From the human T2T-CHM13v2.0 reference genome, Homo sapiens, in contig CP068257.2 in NCBI GenBank assembly GCA_009914755.4, forward strand, positions 8,128,001 to 8,192,000: a stretch of DNA of 64,000 nt. Reading direction: 5' to 3'. Positions 15,001 through 28,000 of this stretch are shown here, in pieces. The notes beneath the pieces were generated by a model. The model had not been told where the DNA came from. It made no database searches and saw nothing but the letters and a program-made list of their open reading frames with translations. The position numbers and the translations under genes are program-made. How positions within the stretch are numbered: position 1 is the stretch's first letter; every line of letters starts with the position of its first letter.

Positions 15001-18000
15001 TCCACTTGATTCGAGTCCATTCCATTCCATTACTTTCATTCGATAACTTTCCTTTACACTCCATTCCTTTCTATTCCTTTCTATTCATTTCGATTCTATT
15101 CAATTCTATTCCATTCGATTCCATTCCATTCTACTGCATTCCTTTCTAGTCCATTCCATTCCATTCGATATCTTTCCATTACACTCCATTCCACTCTATT
15201 CCTTTCAATTCCTTTCAGTTGCATTCCATTCTAGTCCATTCCATTAAAATCCACTCCATTCGATTCCATTCCATTCCATTCCTTTTGATTCGATATCTTT
15301 CCTTTACACTCCATTCCTTTCTATTCCTTTCGGTTCTATTCAATTCCATTCCATTCGATTCCATTCCATTCGATTCCATTTCATTCGACTCCATTCCATT
15401 CGAGTCCATTCCATTCCATTCAATTCCATTCGATATCTTCCATTCCATTCCATTCCATTCTATTCCTTTGAATTCCATTCAATTCAATTCCATTCGAGTC
15501 CATTCTATTGCATTCCATTCCATTCCGTTCTGTTCGATTCCAATCCATTCGATTCTACTTTGTTCCAGTCCATTCCATTCGAATCCATTCCCTTCCAGTG
15601 CATCCCATTTGATTCCATTCCATTCGACTCCATTCCACTCGATTCCACTCCGTTCCATTCTATTACATTCTATTCTATTCCATTCCATTGCATTCCATTC
15701 CATTCCATTTTATTACACTCCTTTCGATTCCATTCCATTTGAATCAATTACATTGTAATCCATTACATTCGATTCCATTCTATTCCAGTCCATTCCATTC
15801 CTGTCCATTCCATTTCGTTAGATTACATTTGATTCCATTAAATACTATTGCAGTCTATTCAATTCCATTCTATTAGAATAAATTCCTTTCGAGACCATTC
15901 CTTTCGAGTCCATTCTATTTGAGTCCATTTCTTTCGACTCCATTACATTTGGGTCCATTCCATTCCATTCCTTTCCAGTCCATTACATTGCAGTCGCTGC
16001 CAGTCCATTCGATTCTATTCCATTTGAGTCCATTACATTTGGGTCCATTCCATTCCACTCCATTCCATTCGATTCTATTCCATTTGAGTCCATTCCATTC
16101 GGGTCCATTCCATTCGATGCCATTCCATTCGAGTCCATTTCACTCCAGTCGATTCCATTCGATGCCATTCCATTCGAGTCCATTTCATTCGAATCCATTC
16201 CATTGCATTCCATTCGATGCCATTCCATTCGATTCTATTCCATTCGACTCCATTCCCTTTCTTTCCATTCCATGAAATTCCATTCCATTCTATTCCTTTC
16301 CATTCCATTCCAATGTATTACATTCCATTCCGTTCGTGTCCATTCCACTCCAGTCCATTCCATTCGAGTCCATTCCATTCCAGTGCATTCCATTCGAGTC
16401 AATTCCATTTAATTCCATTAGACATTTTTCCGTTTCACTCCATTTAATTCTGTTTCTTTCGTTTCCAATCAATTCCATTCCATTTGATTCCGTTACATTC
16501 GATTCCATTCCATTCTACTCCATTCCTTTTGACTCCATTTCTTTCCATTTCATTGCATTCCGTTCCGTTCGTTGCCAATGCGTTTGATTCCATTTTGTTC
16601 CTGTCCATTCCATTCGAGTCCATTCCATTCGAGTCCATTCCATTAGATTCCATTCCATTCGATTCCATGCCACTCGACTCCACTCTGTTCCATTCCATTG
16701 CGTTGCCTTCTATTCCATTTCTTTGCATTCCATTCCATTCCAGTGCATTCCATTCGTTTCCATTCTATTAGACTCCATTCCACTCCAGTTCATTCCTTTC
16801 GAGTCCATTACATTCCAGTCCATTCCACTCGAATCCAATCCATTCCATTCCATTCGACATCTTTCCATTACACTCCATTCCATTCTATTAATTTTGATTC
16901 TAATCAATTCCATTCCAATAGAACACCTTCCTTTCGATTCCATTCCTTTCGACTCCTTTCCATTCGAGTCCATTCTATTCCATTCCATTAAATTCCATTC
17001 CTTTGATTACATTCCATTCGATTCCATTCCACTCGATTCCACTCCGTTACATTTTATTGCATTCCGTTCTATTCCATTCCATTGAGTACCATTCCATTCT
17101 ATTCTATTCCATTCGAGTCGATTTCTTTAGAGCCCATTCCATTCCATTCCATTCGATGTCATTCCGTTTGATTCTTTTCCATTTGAATCCATTCCATTCC
17201 ATTCTGTTCCATCCGTTTCCATTCCATTCTGTTCCATCCATTTCCATTCCATTCTATTCCTTTCCATTCCATTCCATTCCATTTGTTTCCATTTCATTCG
17301 ATTCATTCTATTCGAATAAATTCCATTAGAGACCGTTCCTTTCGAGTCCATTCTGTTTGAGTCTATTCCATTCCAGTCCATTACATTTGGTTCCATTCCA
17401 TTCCCTTCCATTCCTTTCCATTCCATACGTTGCCATTCCATTCATTTCTATTCCATTCGACTCCATTCCATTCCATTCCATTCCATCCGATTCTATTTCA
17501 TTCTATTCCTTTCCATTCCACTCCATTCCATTCGTGTCCATTCCATTTGAGTCCGTTCCAATCCAGTCCATTCCATTCGACTCCATTACACTCCAGTCCA
17601 TTCCATTTGAATCCATTCCATTCCAGTCCATTCCATTCAAGTCCATTCCATTCCATGCCATTCCATTCGATATCTTTCCATTACAATCCTTTCCATTCTA
17701 TTCTTTTTATTCCGTTCAATTCCATTCCATGTAATTCCATTCCATTCGATTCCATTCCATTCGACTCCATTCCGTTTGAGACCATTACATTCCATTTCGT
17801 TCAATTTGATTGCAATCCGTTCGATTCCATTTTGTTCCAGTATATTCCGTTCAAGTCCATTCAATTCCAGTCCATTCCATTCGATTCCAGTCCATTCGAT
17901 TCCATTCCATTCCAATTGATTCTTCTCCGTTCCATTACATTGCATTCCATTCTATACCATTCCATTCCTTTTGGTTACATTAAATTCGATTTCATTCCAT

Positions 18001-21000
18001 TCGAGTCAATTACTTTGCAATCCATTACATTCGAGTCCGTTCTATTCCAGTCCATTCCATTCGATTCCATTCCATTGCATTCCATTCCATACTATTGCAT
18101 TCCATTTGGTCCCAAAGTTTTCGAATAAATTCCATTCGAGGCCATTCCTTTAGAGTCCATTCTACTTGAGTCCATTCCATTCGAGTCCATTACATTTGGA
18201 TCCATTTCATTCCATCCCAATCCATTCCATTCCATTCGGATCCATTTCATTCCATTCCATTCCATTCGATGCCATTCCATACAATTATGTTCCATAGGTG
18301 TCCATTCCTTTCGAATCCATTCCATTCCATTCCATTCCGTTCCATGAGATTACAATCCATTCGATTGCATTCCATTCAAATCAATTACTTTTCAATGCCT
18401 TAAATTGTAGTCTGTTCCATTCCAGTCCATTCCATTCCTGTCCATTCCTTTCGATTCCATTCCATACTATTGCATTCAATTTGATTCCATTCTCTTCGAA
18501 TAAATTCCATTCAAGACAATTCCTCTTGAGTCCATTCCATTCGAATCAATTCCATTCAATTCCATTCCATTCGTTTCCATTCCTCTCGATTCCACTCCAT
18601 TCCATTCTATTGCATTCCATTCTGTTCCATTCCCTTGCATTCCTTTCCATTCCATTTGACTACATTAAATTCAATTCCATTTCATTTGAGTCAATTACAT
18701 TGCAATCCATTACATTCGAGTGTGTTGTATTCCAGTTCATTCCATTCCATTCCATTCCATTCCATTGGATTCTATTCCATACTATTTCATTCCTTTCAAA
18801 TCCATGCTATTCGAATAAATTCCATTCAAGACCATTCCCTTCCAATCCATTCTATTTCAGTCCCTTCAATTCGAGTCCATTGCAATGGGGTCCATTCCAT
18901 TTGTTTCCATTCCATTCACTTCGATGCCATTCCATTCCATTCTATTCCACTTGAGTCCATTCCGTTCGAGTCCATTCCATTCCATTCCACTCCATTCCAT
19001 TCAATTCCATTGCATTCAATTCTATTCCATTCGACTCCATTCCATTACATTCCATTCCATCCGATTACATTCCATTCCACCCGATTCCATTCCATTCTAT
19101 TCCTTTCCATTCCATTCCATTCATTCCATTCCATTCCATTCCATATTTCCATTCCATTCGATTCCATTCCACTCCAGGACATTACATTCCAGTCCATACC
19201 ATTAGAGTCCATTCCATTAGAGTCCATTTCATTACATTCCATTCCATTTGATATATTTCCTTTCCATTCCATTCCATTCCATTGTATTCCTTTCGATTCC
19301 ATTCAACTCTACACCATTCTATTGCATTTCATTCAACTCCATTCCATTCGATTCCATTCCAATCCATTCCATTAAATTTCGTTCTGTTCGATTCCAATCC
19401 GTTCAATTCCTTTTTTTCCGGTCCATTCCATTCGAGTCCATTCCATTCCAGGCCATTCCAATCGGTTCCATTCCACTCGATTACATTCCATTTGATTCCA
19501 TTCCATTTGATTCCACTCCATTCCATTCCATTGCATTCCATTCTATTTCATTCCATTCCATTTGATTACATTCGATTCGATTCTATTCCCTTCAAATCAA
19601 TTACATTTCAGTCCAATACATTCGAGTCCGTTCTATTCCATTCCATTCCATTCCATTCTGTTCCATTCCTTTTGATTCCATTCCATTCCATTCCCTTCCA
19701 TACTGTTCCATTACATTCGACTCTATTCTATTTGAATAAATTCCATTCGAAGCCAATTCTTTCAAGTCCATTTTTTTTAGTCCCTTCCATTCGAGTCCAT
19801 TACATTTGGGTCAATTGCATTCCATTCCTTTCCATTCCATTTGATGCCATTCCATTCGATTCTATTCCATTCGAGTCCATTCCTTTCCAGTCCATTCCAT
19901 TCGTTGCCATTCGATTCGATTCTATTCCATTCCACTCCATTCCATTACGTTCCATCCGATTCCAATCCATTCTATTCCTTTCCATTCCAATCCAATCTGC
20001 TCGATTCCATTCCATTCATTGCGATCCATTTCATTCGTTTCATTTCCATTCGCGTCATTTCCACTCCACTCCATTCCATTAGAGTCCATTCAATTCCACT
20101 ACATTCCATTTGACTCCTTTCCATTCGATTTCTTTCCATTAAAACCATTCCATTCTATTCCTTTGGATTCTATTAAATTCCATTCTTTTCCATTCCATTC
20201 CATACCATTCCATTCCATTCCATTTGACTCCATTTCATTCGAGTCCATTCCATTCAATTCCATTCTGTTCCATTCTATTCCAATCTATTCAATTCCACTT
20301 TCTTCCAGTCCAATCCATTCGAGTCCATTACATTCCAATCCATTCCAATCGATTCCATTCCTTTCTATTCCATTCCGTTGAATTCCATTCCATTCGATTC
20401 CAGTCCAATCCATTCCACTGCATTATTTTCTATTCCATTCCAATGCATTCCATTCCACTCCGTTTGATCACATTCCATTCGATTCCATTCCATTCAAATC
20501 AATTACATTACAAACCATTACGTATGATTCCATTCTATTCCTGTCCATTCCATTCCTGTCCATTACATTTGATTCTATTCCATTAGAATCCATTCCATAC
20601 TATTGCATTCCATTCGATTCCATTCTATTCGAATAAATTCCATTCGAGACCATTCCTTTTGAGTTCATTCCTTTTGAGTCCATTCCATTTGAGTACGTTA
20701 CATTTGGTTCCATTCCGTTCCATTCCATTCCATTCCATTAGATGCCATTCCATTTGATTCTAATCCATTCGAGTCCATTCCATTCGACTTCATTCCATTC
20801 CATTCAATTCCATTCCATTCAATTCCATTCCATTTCATTCCATTCCATTCCATTTCATTCCATTCCATTCCATTTCATTCCATTCCATTCCATTTCATTC
20901 CATTCCATTTCATTCCATTCCATTCCATTTCATTCCATTCCATTCCATTTCATTCCATTCCATTCCATTTCATTCCATTCCATTCCATTCGAAGCAATTC

Positions 21001-24000
21001 CTTTGGATTCTATTCCGTTCAACTCCATTCCATTTCATTCCATTTCAACCGATTCCATTCCATTTCATTCCATTCCATCCGATTCCATTCCATTCCATTC
21101 CACCCGATTCCATTCCATTCCATTCCACTCGTTTCCATTACATTCGTGTCCATTCCACTCCAGTCCATTCCATTTGAGTAAACTGCAATCCAGTCCATTC
21201 CATTGAAGTCCATACCATTCTATTTGATATCTTTCCATTACACTCCCTTACATTCCATTCCATTCGATGCCATTTCATTCCATTCCATTCCATTCGAGTC
21301 CATTCCATTAGAGACCATTTCATTCCATTGTGTTCCATCCCTTCCGCTTCCATTCCATTCCATTCCATTTCATTCCATTCCATTCGTGTTCATTACATTC
21401 GAGACCATTCCACTCCAGTCCATTAAATTCAAGACCATTCCATTCCAGTCCATTCCATTCCGTTCTGCTCAATTCCAATGCGTTCAATTCCATTATGTGC
21501 CAGTCCAGTCCATTCCAGTCCATTCCATTCGATTCCATTCCATTTGATTCTATTCCATACTATTGCATTCCATTCGATTCCATTCTTTTGAATAAATTGC
21601 ATTCGAGTCCATTCCTTTTGGGTCCATTCTATTTGAGTCCATTCCATACGAGTCCATTATATTTGGGTCCATTCCACACTATTCCATTCCATTCCATTCC
21701 ATTCCATTCCATTCCATGCCCTTCCATTCCATTCTATTCCATTGAGTCCACTCCATTCGAGTTCATTCCATTCCATTCCATTTGATGCCATACTATTCTA
21801 TACTATTCCATTTGACTCCATTCCATTCCATTCCATTGGATGCCATATCATTCTATTCTATTCCATTTGACTCCATTCCATTCCATTACTTTCCATCCGA
21901 TTCCATTCCTTTCTATTCCTTTTCATTCCGTTCCCTTCCATTGCGTTGCATTCCATTCCATTCCATTGGTTTCCATTCCATTTGCGTTCATTCAACTCCA
22001 GTACATTCCATTCGATTCCATTCCCTTCGACTCCCTTCCAATCGAGTCCATTCCATTCCATTCAATTCCTTTCAGTTTGATTCCAATCCGTTCAATTCCA
22101 TTTTGTTCCAGTCCATTCCATTTGAATCCTTTCCATTCCAGTCCATTCCTTTCAATTCCATTCCATTCGAAGCCATTCCATTGGATTCTATTCCATTCAA
22201 CTCCATTCCATTCCATATCATTCCATCCGATTCCATTCCATTCTATTCCTTTATATTTCATTCCCTTCCTTTCCATTCCATGACATTCCATTCGTCTCCA
22301 TTCCATTCGAGCCCATTCCTCTCCAGTCCATTCCATTCGCGTGAATTCCATTACAGTCCTTTCCATTCCATTACTTTCCATTCAATATCTTTCCATTGCA
22401 CTCCATTCCATTCTCTTCCTTTCGATTCCATTCAATTCCATTCCATTCGGTTCGATTCCATACTATTGCATTCCATTCAATTCCATTCCATTCGTATAAA
22501 TTACATTCGAGACCATTTCTTTCGAGTCCATTATATTTGAGCCCATTCCATTCGATTCCACTACATTTGGGTCCATACCATTCCATTCCATTCCATTCCA
22601 TTCCATTCGATCCCAAACCATTTTTTTTCTATTCCATTCGAGTCCATTCCAATCAAGTCCAATCCATTCCATTTGATGAAATTCCATTCGATTATATTCC
22701 ATTCGAGTTGATTTCATTCCATTTGGTTCCATCCGATTACATTCCATTCTATTCCGTTCCTTTCCATTCCATTCCATTCCATTCTTTTCCAATCCATGCG
22801 AATCCATTCCTCTCCAGTCCATTCCATTCGTGTCCCTTCCATTCCAGTCCATGCCTTTCGAGTCCATTCCATTCCATTCCCTTCAATGTCTTTCAATTAC
22901 ACTCCATTCCATTCTATTTCATTCGATTCCATTCAATTCAACTCTATTCGATTCCCTTCACTTCGATTCCAATCCATTCGACTCCATTCCATTCGAGTCC
23001 ATTTCATTCCATTCCAATGCATTCTGTTCCTTTCCATACCAATCCGTTTGATTCCATTTAGTTCCAGTACATTGCATTCGAGTCCATTCCATTCCATTCC
23101 ATTCGAAGCCATTGCATTCGATTTTATTGCATTGAACTCCATTCCATTCCATTCCTTTCCATCCGATTCCATTCCATTTTAGTCCTTTCCATTCCATTCC
23201 ATTCTATTCGTTTAAATTCCAATTGAGTCCATTCCACTCCAGTCCATTCCATTTGAGTCCATTGCGTTCCAGTCCATTCCATTCGAGTCCATTCCTCTCC
23301 ATTCCTTTCCATTTGATATCTTTCCATTGCACTCCATTCCTTTCTATTCCTTTCGATTCTGTTCAATTCCATTCCATTCGATTCCAATCCATACTATTGC
23401 ATTCCATTCAATTCCATTCTATCATATAAATTACATTCGAGACCATTTATTTCGAGTCCATTCAATTTGAGCCCATTCAAGTCCATTACTTTTGGGTCCA
23501 TTCCATTCTGTTCCATTCCATTCCATTCGATCCCATTACATTTGTTTCTATTCCATTCGAGTCCATTCCAATCGAGTCCATTCCATTCCATTCATTGAAA
23601 TTCCATTCGATTCTATTTCATTCGAGTTGATACCATTCCATTCCGTTCAATCTGATTCCATTCCATTCTATTCCATTCCATTCCATTCCATTCCATTCCA
23701 TTCCATTCGTTTCCATGCCATTTCAATCCATTCCACTCCAGTCCATTCCTTTCGAGTCCATTCCATTCCAGTCCATTGCATTCAAGTCCATTCCATTCCA
23801 TTCCATTCGAAGCCATTGCATTCAAATTTATTCCATTCGACTCCATTCCATTCCATTCCGTTCCATCCGATTCCATTCCATTCTATTCCTTTCCATTCCA
23901 TTTTCTTCCATTACATTCATTTCCATTCCATTCCTGTCCATTCCACTCCAGTCCATTCCATTTGTTTCCGCTCCATTCCAGTACATTCCATTCGAGTACG

Positions 24001-25050
24001 TTCCATTGCATTCCATTCAATTCCATTCGATGCCACTCCATTCGATTCTATTCCAATCGACTCCATTCCATTCCATTCCGTTCCATCCGATTGCATTCCA
24101 TTCTATTCCTTTCCATTCCATTCCCTTCCATTCCATTCTTTTCCATTCCATTCTGTTTCATTTCATTCCATTCCATTCCATTCAATGCCATTCAAATTGA
24201 CTCCATTCCATTCCATTCCGTTCTATCTGATTCCATTCCATTTTATTCCTTTGCATTCCATTCCATTCCTTTCCAATCCATTCCAATCTTCTCCATTCCA
24301 CTCCAGTTCATTCCATTTGAGTCCATTCCATTACAGTCCATTCCATTCGAGTCCATTCCATTCGATTCCAATCGATTCGATTGCATTCCACTCGATTCCA
24401 CTCCATTCAATTCCATTGTATTCCGTTCTATTCCATTCCACTGCATTCCATTCTATTCCATTCCATTGCATTCCACTCCATTCCATTTGATTACATTCCA
24501 TTCGATTCCATTCCATTCAAATGAATTACATTGCAGTCCATTACATTTGACTCTGTTCTATTCCAGTCCATTCCGTTCCTGTCCATTCCATTCGATTCCA
24601 TTCCATTCGATTTCATTCCCTCCGATTCCATTCCATTCTTTACCATTCTATTCGAATAAATTCCATTCGAGACCATTGGTTTCGAGTCCGTTCTATTTGA
24701 GTCCATTCCATTCGAGTCCGTTACATTTGGGTCCATCCCATTCCATTCCATTTAATGCCATCCCATTTGATTCTATTCCATTCGAGTCCATTGCATTCTA
24801 GTCCATTAAATTCGAGTCCATTCCTTTACACTCCATTCCCTTCCATTCTATTCGACTCCATTCCATTCCTTTCCATTCCGTTCCATTCCGTTCCATTCCA
24901 TTCCATTCCGTTCCATTCCATTCCATTCGATTACATTCCATTCGCGTCCATTACATTCGATTCCATTCCATTTGATTCCATACCTTTTGATTCAATTCCA
25001 TTCGAGTCCATTCCATAAAATTCCATTCTTTCCTTTCCGTTCCTTTCCAG
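1..25050. repeat. HSat3-type pentameric satellite, domain A. The + strand is the ATTCC (C-rich) strand. It has higher-order periodicity, with a modal ~0.9-1.0 kb unit and longer 1.4-1.9 kb variants.
   Basis: The sequence is near-continuous ttccattcca pentamers with cgattcc/cgagtcc variants and the + strand is almost G-free. A landmark (t)tcgaataaattccattcgagaccattcc...gagtccattacatttgggtcc recurs at ~130, 1625, 3055, 4045, 4965, 5985, 6600, 7605, 8410, 9465, 10025, 11910, 12805, 13395, 14245, 15870, 17310, 18120, 18495, 18815, 19735, 20630, 21590, 22495, 23420 and 24655. It is usually preceded by ccatactattgcattccattcgattccattct. A second sublandmark cgatatctttccattacactccattccattctattcc recurs at ~7880, 10990, 11070, 11310, 11380, 14525, 15040, 15160, 15290, 17665, 21215, 22380 and 23310. 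Confidence 0.9.
20790..20995. repeat. Locally homogenised sub-array with a 15/20-bp period, (CATTC)2-3 CATTT, inside HSat3 domain A.
   Basis: The stretch cattccattccatttcattccattccattccattt repeats more than 10 times with almost no variation. It sits in an otherwise variant-rich region. Confidence 0.7.
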
Positions 25051-28000
25051 TCCATTCGATTCCAGTCTATTCTAATCCACTCCACTCCACTCCGTTGAAT
25101 TCCGTTACTTCCCATTCCATCTCTTTCCAATCTATTTCCCTCCACTCCACTACCCTCCATTAAATGCCATTCCACCCCATTCCATTCCACTCCATTTCAA
25201 TCCACTCTACTCCACTTCATTGCATTCCATTTGATTGCATTGAATGCCTTTCGATTTCATTCCACTCGATTCCATTCCATTCCATTCTCTTCCATTCGTT
25301 TCCATTCCATTTGATTCCATTCCATCCCAATCCATTCCATTCAATTCCACTCCATTCCATTCCATTCAATTCTATTCCATTCATTCCATTCATTTCCATT
25401 TCATTCCATTCCATGCCATTGCATTTCATTTCCACTCCCCTCTACTGCACTCCATTCCGTTCAATTCCATTCCTTCTCATTCCATTCCACTCCATTCCAC
25501 TCCATTCCGTTCCACTCACTTCCATTCCACCCCTTTCCATTCCCCTCCATTTCACTCCTCTCTTCTCCACTGCTTTCCATTCGATGCCTTTCGATTAAAT
25601 TCCATTCGATTCCATTCCATTCATTTGCACTCCAGTCCACTCCATTCCAATCCTTTCCGTTCCATTCTATTCGATTCCATTCCACTCCAATCCACTCTGA
25701 TCCACTTTATTCCATTCCATTCCATTGTATTCAACTCCATTCCATTCAATTCCGTTCTATTCCTTTCCACTCCACTCCACTACACTCCATTGAAATCCAT
25801 TCCTCCCCATTCCTTTCCACTCCATTCCATTCCACTGCACTCCATTTCAATGCATACCATTCGATTACAGTCGTTTCCATTCGATTCCATTCTAATCGAT
25901 TCCAAACCTTTTGATTCCACTCCATTCGATTAGATTCCATTCCATTCGATTTCATTCCTTTCGATTTGATTTTATTCCATTCGGGTCCATTCCTTTCGAT
26001 TATATTTCACTCGATTGCATTCCATTCGAGTCCATTCCTTTCGAGTCCATTAAATTAAATTCCATTCTTTCCATTCCATTCCAGTCCAGTCCATTCCAGT
26101 CCATTCCAGTCCACTCCTCTCCACTCCACTCCATTCAATTCCATTACTTCTCATTCCATTCCATTCCACTCCATTCTTCTCCACTCCACTACATTCCATT
26201 CAATTTATTTCCACCCAATTCCATTACACTCCATGACAATCCATTCCACTCCAGTTCATCACATTCCATTTGATTCCATTCATTGCCATTCAATTCCATT
26301 CCTTTCGATTGCCTTCCACTTTATTCCTCTCCATTTGATTCCATTCCATTCTATTCCATTCCCGTCGATTCATTTCCATTCGATTCCATTACATTCGAGG
26401 ACATTCCATTCAATTCGTTTCAATTCCAGTCCATTCCATTGCAGTCCATTCCTTTTGAGTCCATTCCATTCGGGACTATTCCACTCCAGTCAATTCCATT
26501 CGAGCCCATTCTATTCCAATCCATTTCACTCCAGTCCATTCCATTTGAGTCCATTCCATTCGAGTCCATTCCATTCCAGTCCAATCTATTCCAGTCTATT
26601 CCGTTTGAGTCTATTCTGTCGGAGTCCATTATATTCTTTTCCATTCTCTTCCCTTTCCTTTCCTTCCTTTCCATTCCTCTCCACTTCACTCCTTTCCATT
26701 CCTTTCCACTTCACTCCATTCCATTCCACTCCACTCCATTCTATTCCACTGCATTCCACTCCATTCCACTTTTCCATTCCATTCCATTCCATTCCATTCC
26801 ATTCCATTCCATTCCATTCTATTGCATTCCATTCCACTCTGCTCTGCTCCACTCCACTCCATTCAATTCCATTCTTTCTCATTCCATTCCACTCTATTCT
26901 TCTCCAATCCACTCCATTCCATTCAATTCCATTCCACTCTATTCCATTCCACTGCATTCCACTTCTCTCTACTCCACTTCACAGCATTCCAGTCGATGCC
27001 ATTCAATTCCTTTCCATTCAATTCCATTCCAATTCATTCTATTTCATTTGATTCCATTCCATTCCATTCAATCCCGTTCCATTCCATTCCATTCCATTCC
27101 GTTCCATTCCATTCCATTCCATTCCGTTCCATTCCATTCCTTTCCATTCCATTCCATTCCATTCAATTCGAGTCCGTTCCATTCCATTCCATTCCATTGG
27201 ATTCCTTTCCAAACTATTCCATTCCATTCAAGTACATTCCCTTTGAGTCCATTCCATTCCATTCCATTCCATTCCATTCCATTCCATTCCCCTCCATTCC
27301 ACTCAACTGCACTCCACTACATTCCATTCCTTTCTATTCCATTACATTCCATTGCCCTCCTGTCGACTCCATTCCATTCCATTCCTCTCCATTCCATTCC
27401 ACTCCATTCGGTACTTTCCTTTACACTCCACTCCTCTCCACTCCACTCCATTCCACTTCACTCTATTCCATTCCATTCCATTCCATTGCATTACAATCCA
27501 CTCCACTCCACTCCACTCAATTCCATTCCTTCCCATTCCATTCCATTCCACTCCATCGCACTTCATACAATTGAGTTCCACATCATTCAATTCCACTCCA
27601 TTTCACTCCACTCCACTTAACCGCATTCTGTTAGATTCAATACGATGCCATTCTATTCCTTTACATTCCATTTCATTCCAGTCGATTCCATTCTATTCAA
27701 TTCCATTCCATTCGATTCAATTCCTTTTGATTCCATTCCAGTGTATTCCATTCAATTTGATTCCCTTCCACTCGATTCCACACCATTTGGGTGCTTTTCA
27801 TTCGAGTCCATTCCATTCCTCTCCATTCCCTCCCAGTCCATTCCAGTCCAGTCCATTTTACTCGAGTCCATTGCATTCCATTCCTTCATATTCCATTCCA
27901 CTATACTCCATTCCATTCCATTGCATTGCACTCCACTCCACTCCGTTCAAATCCATTCCAATGCATTCCATTCCATTCCATTGCATTCCATTCAAATCTA

